From an uncultured Acidobacteriota bacterium (GTDB lineage: Bacteria; Acidobacteriota; Thermoanaerobaculia; UBA5066; DATFVB01), in the NCBI GenBank assembly GCA_963714035.1, contig OY970224.1, positions 1,093,240 through 1,157,239 of the forward strand: DNA of 64,000 nt. The letters run 5' to 3'. The notes beneath the pieces were generated by a model. It ran no database searches, was not told the origin of the DNA, and saw only the letters and a list, made by a program, of their open reading frames with translations. Below are positions 28,480 through 36,703 of this stretch, piece after piece (the first letter of the stretch is position 1; each line of letters starts with the position of its first letter). The position numbers were made by a program, and so were the translations under genes.

Positions 28480-30921
28480 ATGAACGCCATTGCCCTCGAC
28501 GTCCGCTTCGCTCTCCGGCTCCTGCGCCGAAGCCCTGGCTTCGCGCTCGGCGTCGTTTCCGTTCTCGGTCTCGGAATCGCCGCCGCGACCGCGCTTTTCT
28601 CGATCGTCGATGCCGCGATCCTGCGGCCGCTCCCCTTTCCCGATCCCGGCCGCATCGTCGCCGTCGTCTCGGAAGATCGGGTCCACCATTCCCGCGCGGC
28701 CTCGTCGCCCCCCGATCTCGTCGATTTCCGGGCCTCCGTCCCGGCGCTTTCCGAAGTCGCGGCGACGACGCCCTGGAGCCCCGCCGCAACCGGTGCGGGA
28801 GAGCCGGAGCGTCTGCGGGGTCTCCTGGTCTCGGCGAACTTCTTCTCGCTGCTCGGCGTCCGCATGGCGCGCGGACGCGCGTTCGATCCCGCCGAGGAGA
28901 CGCCGGGGCGCGACCGCGTCGTCGTGATCGGCGACGCGCTCTGGCGCCGGAGGTTTGGCGCCGATCCCCGTCTCGTCGGCCGCGCGATCCTCTTGAACGG
29001 CGACCCCTACACCGTCGTCGGAATCGCTCCCGCCCGGTTCCGATGGGGACGGGCGTACGGCCGCAACGGCGTCTCCGACCTCTGGGCCCCTTTCGCCCTC
29101 ACGCCGGAGCGCGTCGCCGCGGGCGAGCGCGGAGACGAGTATCTCGACCTGATCGGCAGGCTCCGCCCCGGCGTCTCCTTCGCCGAAGCCCAGGGGCAGG
29201 TGGACGCCCTCGTTCGCCGGTTCCAGCGCGACTACCCCGCCCAGTTTCCTCCGGGAAGCCCGATCCGCACGGCGATCGTCCCCCTGCAGGGCGACCTCGT
29301 CGGCGACACGCGGACGCCTCTCTGGATCCTGTTCGGGGCGGTCGGGTTCCTTCTCCTGATCGCCTGCACGAATGTCGCGGGCCTGCTCCTCGCGCGAGCC
29401 GCGAAGCGGCGGGCCGAGATGGCGATTCGAGTCTCGCTCGGCGCCTCGAGGAGCCGGCTCTTCTCCCAGCTCCTCGCCGAGAGCGCCGTCGTCACGTTCC
29501 TGTCCGCCGCCGTGGGGGCCGTCGGCGGATGGGCCCTCCTCCGGCTCGCGGGAAGCCGCCTCCCGGCGGATTTTCCGGGCGTGTCGGCGCTCGCCGTCGA
29601 CCTTCGGGTCCTGGCGTTCGTCCTCGCGCTGGGCGCCGTGACGGCGATCGCGTTCGGCCTCGTGCCGCTCGTCGGCTCGTCCGTGTTCGACGTCCGCCGG
29701 CGCATCGACGAGGGTCGAACCGCCGGCGGGCGCGGGGAAGGACGGCTGCGCCGCGTTCTCGTCGCCGGCCAGCTCGGCCTCGCGGCGCTGCTCCTCGTCG
29801 GCGCCGCCCTTCTCGCGCTGAGCCTCGTCCGGATCCTGCGCGTCGATCCGGGATTCGACGCGCAGAACGTGATCACCGGCGAGCTGTCGCTTCCCCGGAG
29901 CCGCTATTCCGACCCCTTGCGGCGCGAAGCCTTCCGAAGAGCCGTGCTCGATCGTCTCGAGGCGGCGCCGGGCGTGATCGGGGCCGCCGCCGTCTCGGTC
30001 CTTCCCATGAGCGGCAACGCCAACAGCAGCTCCTTCGACGTCGAAGGGAGACCGGACCTCTCCGGGAACCGGGCGGCCCACGGGGAGAGCTGGGCGGCCA
30101 CGCCCGGATATTTCCCGACGATGCGGATCCCGCTCCGGCGCGGCCGTTTGTTCGCCGATTCCGACGGCCCGTCTTCGCTTCCGGTCGCGATCGTCGACGA
30201 GTCGCTGGCTCGCGCGTATTTCGGCGAGGCGGATCCGATCGGCCGCCGGATCGACTTCGAGGGGGACGCCAACGGCCGGAAGTGGCGGGTCGTCGTCGGC
30301 GTCGTCCGGACCGTCCGGGCGCGTTCGCTCGGCGACGCGCCGCGCCCGTCGTTCTACGTCCCTTTCTCGCAGTCCCACGAACGGGTGATGACGTTCGTCG
30401 CGCGGGTCCGGGGCAACGCCGCCGCGACCGCGTCGGCCCTTCGCGCCGCGGTCGCCGCCGCCGATCCCGACCAGCCCCTCGGCACGGTCGCTCCGCTCGA
30501 GGATCTCGCCTCGGAGTCCGTCTCCCAGCGACGCGTCGCGGCGGCGGCGATCGCCGCCTTCGCGGCCGCCGCGCTTCTCCTCGCGGTCGTCGGACTGTAC
30601 GGGGTCCTCGCGTACTCGGTGGCTCGCCGCAAACGGGAGATCGGGATCCGCATGGCGCTCGGCGCCGTTCCCTCCGCGATCGCCGCTCTCGTTCTGCGGG
30701 AGAGCGGCCGGGTGATCTCGGCCGGTCTCGCGGGCGGGCTGGCCGCCGCGTTTCTCGCGACGCGATTCCTGACGAGCCTCCTCTTCGGCGTGACGCCGCT
30801 CGATCCGCTCGCGTTCGGCGCCGTGGCGGCGATCCTCGCGGGGGCCGGCCTTCTCGCGAGCTTCCTGCCGGCCCGTCGGGCGGCCCGCATCGCTCCGATG
30901 GAGGCGCTGCGCGCGGAATAG
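28480..30921 (+). CDS. ADOP-family permease 12
   Basis: ATG at 28480 lies 5 nt after AGGAGG. N-terminus is MNAIALDVRFALRLLRRSPGFALGVVSVLGLGIAAATALFSIV. C-terminus is ARRAARIAPMEALRAE. The track start at 28447 lies inside the repeat arm. Confidence 0.88.
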   Translation: MNAIALDVRFALRLLRRSPGFALGVVSVLGLGIAAATALFSIVDAAILRPLPFPDPGRIVAVVSEDRVHHSRAASSPPDLVDFRASVPALSEVAATTPWSPAATGAGEPERLRGLLVSANFFSLLGVRMARGRAFDPAEETPGRDRVVVIGDALWRRRFGADPRLVGRAILLNGDPYTVVGIAPARFRWGRAYGRNGVSDLWAPFALTPERVAAGERGDEYLDLIGRLRPGVSFAEAQGQVDALVRRFQRDYPAQFPPGSPIRTAIVPLQGDLVGDTRTPLWILFGAVGFLLLIACTNVAGLLLARAAKRRAEMAIRVSLGASRSRLFSQLLAESAVVTFLSAAVGAVGGWALLRLAGSRLPADFPGVSALAVDLRVLAFVLALGAVTAIAFGLVPLVGSSVFDVRRRIDEGRTAGGRGEGRLRRVLVAGQLGLAALLLVGAALLALSLVRILRVDPGFDAQNVITGELSLPRSRYSDPLRREAFRRAVLDRLEAAPGVIGAAAVSVLPMSGNANSSSFDVEGRPDLSGNRAAHGESWAATPGYFPTMRIPLRRGRLFADSDGPSSLPVAIVDESLARAYFGEADPIGRRIDFEGDANGRKWRVVVGVVRTVRARSLGDAPRPSFYVPFSQSHERVMTFVARVRGNAAATASALRAAVAAADPDQPLGTVAPLEDLASESVSQRRVAAAAIAAFAAAALLLAVVGLYGVLAYSVARRKREIGIRMALGAVPSAIAALVLRESGRVISAGLAGGLAAAFLATRFLTSLLFGVTPLDPLAFGAVAAILAGAGLLASFLPARRAARIAPMEALRAE

Positions 30922-30953
30922 ACTGACTGTCTCGAATCCGTGAAAGGAAAACG

Positions 30954-31616
<663 letters not shown>

Positions 31617-31818
31617 GAGAGGCGCGGACCATACGCGCCGTTATACGAACGGAAAGGGCCGGCCCGCGACCTCAACGTACGCTCCCGGTACGCCTCGGCC
31701 TCGGGCCGAACCTTTCCGCTCCTCTTCCGGCACGTCTGGCCGCGCCCTGCCGCCGCGAATCCTGCGCGCCGCGGCAAACGTCGCCGGCCTCGTTTCCCCG
31801 CTGCTAAGCTAACGCCCG

Positions 31819-33177
31819 ATGCGTCCGTCCGTCCCCGCGCGAATCCTCATCGCCGACGACCAGCCGGACGTGCTGGAAGCGCTCCGACTCCTCCTGAAGA
31901 CCGAGCGCTGCGCGACCGAAACCGCCTCCTCCCCGGCCGCGGTCCTCGACGCGGTCCGCCGGCGCGAGTACGACGCGCTGCTGATGGACCTGAACTACGC
32001 GCGCGACACGACCTCGGGACAGGAAGGGCTCGATCTCCTCACCCGGCTGCGGGAGATCGACGACCACCTTCCGGTGATCGTCATGACGGCGTGGGGGTCG
32101 ATCGACCTCGCCGTCGAGGCGATGCGCCGCGGAGCGCGCGACTTCATCCAGAAGCCGTGGGACAACGCCCGGCTGCTCGCCACGGTCCGCACCCAGGTGG
32201 AGCTCGGCGCCGCGCTGCGGCGGGGTCGGCGGCTCGAGGCGGAGAACCTCGCGCTCCGGGAGATCGTGCCGTCCTTCATCGCGGATTCTCCGGTCATGGC
32301 GCCCGTTCTCCAGATGATCGCCCGCGTCGGGCCGACGGACGCCAACGTCCTCGTGACCGGGGAGAGCGGCACGGGCAAGGGGCTCGTCGCCCAGGCCCTC
32401 CACGCGGCGTCGCCGCGCGCGGGGGGCCCATTCGTCGCGATCAACATGGGCGGCCTTCCGGAGGGCGTCTTCGAAAGCGAGCTCTTCGGCCACGTCCGCG
32501 GCGCGTTCACCGACGCGAAGGCCGATCGCATCGGCCGCTTCGAGCTCGCCTCCGGAGGAACGCTGTTCCAGGACGAAATCGCGAATCTCACGCTCGCGCA
32601 GCAGGCCCGGCTCCTCCGCGTGATCGAGACCGGCGAGTTCGAGGCGGTCGGCTCCTCGCGCACGCGAAGGGTCGACGTTCGGATCGTGTCGGCGACCAAC
32701 GCCGACCTGCGCACCGAAGTCGCGGCCGGCCGGTTCCGGCAGGACCTCCTCTTTCGGCTGAACACCGTGGAGATCCATCTCCCGCCCCTGCGCGAAAGGC
32801 GGGAGGACCTCCCGGCGCTCGCCGAGCACTTCCTCCGGCAGAACGCGGGAAAGCACCGGAAACCGGCCTCGGGTTTCGCGCCCGCCGCCCTCGAAGCGAT
32901 GCGCTCGTACGCGTGGCCCGGCAACGTCCGCGAGCTCGAGCACGTCGTCGAGCGCGCGGTGCTGATGGCCGAGGGAAGGGAGATCCGGGCCGCCGACCTG
33001 GGCCTCTCGGCGGCCGCGCCGGCCACCGCGGTCGAGGAGATGAGCCTGGAGGAGGTCGAGACGCTCCTCATCCGAAAGGCGCTCGCGCGCTTCGACGGGA
33101 ACGTGAGCCGCGCGGCGGAGTTCCTCGGGCTCTCCCGCAGCGCGCTCTACCGCCGCCTGCAGCGGTACGGCCTGTGA
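31819..33177 (+). CDS. Sigma54-dependent response regulator (NtrC family: REC + AAA+ + Fis-type HTH)
   Basis: REC domain ILIADDQPDV...LLMDLNY. AAA+ Walker A GESGTGKG, GAFTDA loop (GAFTGA variant) and Walker B LFQDEI. C-terminal HTH is NVSRAAEFLGLSRSALYRRLQRYGL. Confidence 0.9.
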   Translation: MRPSVPARILIADDQPDVLEALRLLLKTERCATETASSPAAVLDAVRRREYDALLMDLNYARDTTSGQEGLDLLTRLREIDDHLPVIVMTAWGSIDLAVEAMRRGARDFIQKPWDNARLLATVRTQVELGAALRRGRRLEAENLALREIVPSFIADSPVMAPVLQMIARVGPTDANVLVTGESGTGKGLVAQALHAASPRAGGPFVAINMGGLPEGVFESELFGHVRGAFTDAKADRIGRFELASGGTLFQDEIANLTLAQQARLLRVIETGEFEAVGSSRTRRVDVRIVSATNADLRTEVAAGRFRQDLLFRLNTVEIHLPPLRERREDLPALAEHFLRQNAGKHRKPASGFAPAALEAMRSYAWPGNVRELEHVVERAVLMAEGREIRAADLGLSAAAPATAVEEMSLEEVETLLIRKALARFDGNVSRAAEFLGLSRSALYRRLQRYGL

Positions 33178-33196
33178 ACCGGGAGACCGACGGGCC

Positions 33197-34534
33197 GTGA
33201 ACCGCCGCCCGAGCCACGAATCCCACGTCCTGCGGCTCGTCCTCGCCTCCGGCGTCCCGGCGCTCCTCGCCTGCGCGGCTCTCCTCGCGCTCGACCGCGT
33301 GGACGCGCGCCTCTCGGTCCCGCTGCTCGCGATCGTCGTCGCGCTCTGGCTCGGATTCGCCTACGCGGCGCGCGAGCGCGTCGTCCGCTCGCTGCAGACG
33401 ATCGCCAACCTCATCGGGGGCCTGCGCGAGAGCGACTACTCGCTGCGGGGCCGGGAGCTGGGCGGGGACGACGCGATGGGAGATGTCGTCTGGGAGATCA
33501 ACCAGCTCACGCAGATCCTGCAGGAGCAGCGCTTCGGCGCGATCGAATCCGCGGCGCTGCTCAAGGCGGTCATGACGAAGATCGAAATCGCGATCTTCGC
33601 CTTCGACGACGAGGAGCGGGTCCGCCTCGCCAACCGCGCCGGCGAGCGGCTGCTCGGGGCGCCGTTCGACCGGCTGCTCGGCCGCACCGCCTCCGAGCTC
33701 GGCGTCGCGGACTGGCTGATCGGACCGGCGGCGAAGACGATCCAGGGCCCCGTCGCCGGCCGCGCGGGCCGCTGGGCGGTCCGGCGCTCGGTCTTTCGCG
33801 AGAGAGGAAGGCCGCAGCAGCTCGTCGTCGTCGCCGATCTCCAGCAGGCGCTCCGGGAGGAAGAGCGCCAGGCGTGGCAGCGGATCATCCGGGTCCTCGG
33901 CCACGAGCTCAACAACTCTCTCGCGCCGATCCAGTCGATCGCGGAAAGCCTCCAGGGGATCGTCGCCCGCGGAGAGCGCGCGGAAGACTGGGAATCCGAT
34001 CTGCGGCGCGGACTCCAGGTCATCGGCGCGCGCGCCGCGGCGCTCTCCCGCTTCATGGACGGCTATCGGCAGCTCGCCCGGCTTCCGGCTCCGCAGCCGC
34101 GGCGGGTCGGCCTCGACGAGCTCGTCCGGCGCGTCGCCGGCCTGGAAACGCGCGTCCGCGTCGAGGTGCGGAGCGGCCCGCGCGTCACGCTGGAAGTCGA
34201 TGCCGACCAGATCGAGCAGCTCCTCATCAACGTCGTCCGAAACGCCGCCGACGCCGCCCTCGAAACGGGAGGGGGCGTCGCGCTGACCTGGCGCGAGAAA
34301 GCGGAGGAGGTCGAGATCACCGTCGCCGACGAGGGCCCGGGGCTCGCGAACACCGCGAACCTCTTCGTGCCCTTCTTCACCACGAAGCCCGGCGGGTCCG
34401 GCATCGGCCTCTCGCTCTCACGGCAGATCGCGGAGGCGCACGGAGGGTCGCTGTCCCTCGAGAACCGCCGCGACGCGAAGGGTTGCGTCGCCAGGCTCGC
34501 GCTGCCGCTGGCGGATGCCGAACCCGTCAGCTAG
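33197..34534 (+). CDS. Sensor histidine kinase (two TM segments, HAMP-like linker, HisKA, HATPase_c)
   Basis: GTG start 19 nt after the regulator's stop. H-box LGHELNNSLAPI, N-box LLINVVRNAADA, G1 DEGPGL and G2 GSGIGLSL are present. The N-terminus has two hydrophobic helices. Confidence 0.85.
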   Translation: MNRRPSHESHVLRLVLASGVPALLACAALLALDRVDARLSVPLLAIVVALWLGFAYAARERVVRSLQTIANLIGGLRESDYSLRGRELGGDDAMGDVVWEINQLTQILQEQRFGAIESAALLKAVMTKIEIAIFAFDDEERVRLANRAGERLLGAPFDRLLGRTASELGVADWLIGPAAKTIQGPVAGRAGRWAVRRSVFRERGRPQQLVVVADLQQALREEERQAWQRIIRVLGHELNNSLAPIQSIAESLQGIVARGERAEDWESDLRRGLQVIGARAAALSRFMDGYRQLARLPAPQPRRVGLDELVRRVAGLETRVRVEVRSGPRVTLEVDADQIEQLLINVVRNAADAALETGGGVALTWREKAEEVEITVADEGPGLANTANLFVPFFTTKPGGSGIGLSLSRQIAEAHGGSLSLENRRDAKGCVARLALPLADAEPVS

Positions 34535-34602
34535 ATTCGTGTATTATTGGCCGCGGGGCGATATCCTGGCGAGGCCCCCTGAGGCGCGGTGATACGCGCC
34601 TG

Positions 34603-35880
34603 CTAATAATAGGGTTCCCAGATCCAGAATATGAGCTCGCTGATCCGCGCCGTCAGTCCGCGGCGCTGCCAGTGCTCCTTCGTCACCCGCTGGCATCGCT
34701 TCCAGTCGTCCTCGAACATCTCGGTCATCTGCTCCGCGAATCCCCGGTCGTAGAACGCGAGGCTCTCCTCCGCGTTCTTCCCCATCGACCGCTGGTCGAA
34801 GTTGATGGATCCGATCGTCGAGAAGATCCCGTCGACGACGAAGGTCTTGTTGTGCATCATCGTCGGCTGGTATTCGTAGATCTGGATTCCCACGTCGAGG
34901 AGCGGCCCGTAGTGGAGGCGCGACGAGAGACGGACCATCGGCAGATCGATGTGCGTCCCGGGCACCATCACCCGGACCTCCACGCCCCGCTTCCGGGCGC
35001 GGATCAAGGCCTCGCGGGTCTGATCGTCGGGCAGGAAGTAGGCGTTCTGGATCAGGATCGACTTCCGCGCCGCCTGGATCGCCATGTAGTACATCTCTTT
35101 CGGCACCGAGGACTCGTCCCCTCGCGACGCCTTGATCGCCTCGATCTCGATGTCGCCGCGGGTGCCGATTTTCGGGAAGAACTTGTCTCCCCCGATGATC
35201 TCGCCGGTCGTGTAGGTCCAGTCCTCGGCGAAGATCGTCTGCATCTGCGAAACGACCGGTCCCTCCACCCGAACCTGCGTGTCGCGCCACTCCTTCGTGT
35301 TCCGCGCGTTGCCGAGCCATCGCTCGTCGATGCCGAGGCCGCCCGTGTAGCCGACGTCGCCGTCGACGATGAGGAGCTTTCGGTGTGTGCGCTTGCCGAT
35401 CTTGTAGATCGTCAGGACTCGGATGGGTCGATAGATCCGCACCTTGACGCCCGCGTCCTTGAGCGGCTTTTCGAGATCCCCGAGCTTGCTCCCGTAGTCG
35501 TCGATGAGGAACCGGACCTCGACCCCCCGCTTCGCCGCGTCGATCATCGCGGAGGCGAACAGGCGGCCCGCGGCGTCGGGCTGGAAGATGTACGTCTCGA
35601 GGTTGACGCTCGTCTTCGCGTTTCGGATCTCTCCCGTCATCGCCGGAAAGATCTCGTCGCCGTTCTTGAGGATCCGGGCGGAGTTTCCGCCGACGACGAC
35701 GCTGTTCAGCGTGTCGAGCGAACGCCGGAACTGGGGGTCGGAGACGCCGAAGTCGGGGGCGAAGTGATAGATCTCCCGTTTCTCGGACGACGCCTCGTGC
35801 GTGAGCGTGCAGCGCGCCTGGAACATGGCGGCGAGCGCCACGACCGCCGCGAGGAACCGTCGGGGACGACCGCCCTTCAC
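34603..35880 (-). CDS. Phospholipase D / cardiolipin synthase-like protein (two HKD motifs)
   Basis: HKD motifs THRKLLIVDGDVGYTGGLGI and MHNKTFVVDGIFSTIGSINF are present. The start is taken as the GTG at 35880, which overlaps the TGA of the upstream small ORF (GTGA). The N-terminus RRFLAAVVALAAMF is signal-like. The remaining 5' part of track ORF 34603-36405 is Arg/Pro-rich read-through. Confidence 0.75.
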   Translation of the reverse strand: MKGGRPRRFLAAVVALAAMFQARCTLTHEASSEKREIYHFAPDFGVSDPQFRRSLDTLNSVVVGGNSARILKNGDEIFPAMTGEIRNAKTSVNLETYIFQPDAAGRLFASAMIDAAKRGVEVRFLIDDYGSKLGDLEKPLKDAGVKVRIYRPIRVLTIYKIGKRTHRKLLIVDGDVGYTGGLGIDERWLGNARNTKEWRDTQVRVEGPVVSQMQTIFAEDWTYTTGEIIGGDKFFPKIGTRGDIEIEAIKASRGDESSVPKEMYYMAIQAARKSILIQNAYFLPDDQTREALIRARKRGVEVRVMVPGTHIDLPMVRLSSRLHYGPLLDVGIQIYEYQPTMMHNKTFVVDGIFSTIGSINFDQRSMGKNAEESLAFYDRGFAEQMTEMFEDDWKRCQRVTKEHWQRRGLTARISELIFWIWEPYY

Positions 35881-36101
35881 CGGCGGCGGGACACCGCGTC
35901 GGCCGCCGCGACGCCGCCCGGAGGGGCCGATCGCAACGCGTCCGCTTCCCAGAGGAGCGGGCGGTGGACGGTCTCGCGGGCGCCGCGGGCTTCGAGGCGT
36001 GTCGGTCCGGCGCGTCGGGAATCTTTCGGCGGCCCGCCGATCAGCACGGCGAGGCCGGCGACGAGGAAAAAGGCTCCGACGAGCGCACAGAGGGTCTTCA
36101 C
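35877..36101 (-). CDS. Small membrane/secreted protein (74 aa) translationally coupled to the PLD gene
   Basis: GTG at 36101 lies 5 nt after AGGAGA. The N-terminus MKTLCALVGAFFLVAGLAVLIGG is hydrophobic and third codon positions are GC-rich. The stop overlaps the PLD start. Confidence 0.45.
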   Translation of the reverse strand: MKTLCALVGAFFLVAGLAVLIGGPPKDSRRAGPTRLEARGARETVHRPLLWEADALRSAPPGGVAAADAVSRRR

Positions 36102-36179
36102 GGTTGTCTCCTGACGGAATCATCCGGAATGCAGGAACGATGCCACGGGGATTCCGGGGAAATCCGGGAGCGCGAGCCT

Positions 36180-36647
36180 TCAGCGCCGGCGGCGCGGAGG
36201 AAACGGTCCGCGAAACGCGTCGCGAAAGAGCGTCGCTTCGGCGTTTCCGTCGCCGTCGGCGACGATCGCGACGACGTCGAACCGGCAGGGTCGGTCGCGG
36301 AGCCGGTGACGGGCGAGATACCACTCGGCCGCCCGGGCGATGCGCCGCTGTTTCTCGGCGGTGACCGCCTCGGCCGGATGCCCCGCCGCCGCGCCGCGCC
36401 GCCACTTCACTTCCACGAAGCAGAGGAGATCCGCTTCTTCCGCGATCACGTCGAGCTCCCCCACGGGAGTCCGGAAGTTCCGTTCGCGGACCCGGAAGCC
36501 GTTCCGCCGAAGGAAAGAGACGGCGAGCGCCTCTCCGCGGTCTCCCGCCGCCCGGGTCGTGCCCGCATTTCGCTCGCCACGATGGCCGCCCGGGAGACGC
36601 CGGCGAACCGCAGCGATGACCGATGCGAACGCCTCGCGAATCGTCAC
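36180..36647 (-). CDS. yraN: YraN-family (UPF0102) endonuclease-like protein
   Basis: Core is GEALAVSFLRRNGFRVRERNFRTPVGELDVIAEEADLLCFVEVKWRR...AEAVTAEKQRRIARAAEWYL. The only canonical start near the domain is the GTG at 36647. The longer track ORF is Arg-rich read-through. Confidence 0.7.
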   Translation of the reverse strand: MTIREAFASVIAAVRRRLPGGHRGERNAGTTRAAGDRGEALAVSFLRRNGFRVRERNFRTPVGELDVIAEEADLLCFVEVKWRRGAAAGHPAEAVTAEKQRRIARAAEWYLARHRLRDRPCRFDVVAIVADGDGNAEATLFRDAFRGPFPPRRRR

Positions 36648-36703
36648 GGCGCGATTATCCTCCGGGCACTTCCGCGGGCACGTCCGGGGTAAACTGCGCG
36701 CGC

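Noticed and set aside
31725-31745. Sigma54 promoter upstream of the NtrC-like regulator (ccggcacgtctggc).
   Set aside because: It has GGCACG but lacks the TTGC/-12 GC element at the correct spacing, so it is not convincing.
34582-34601. Hairpin aggcgcg-gtgata-cgcgcct between the convergent kinase and PLD genes, as a bidirectional terminator.
   Set aside because: The stem is only 7 bp and there is no U-run on either strand.
36623-36703. argS starting at ATG 36623.
   Set aside because: It would overlap the yraN 5' end. The codons there are AT-ending and atypical. The TTG at 36704 gives a normal ArgS N-terminus. This remains uncertain.
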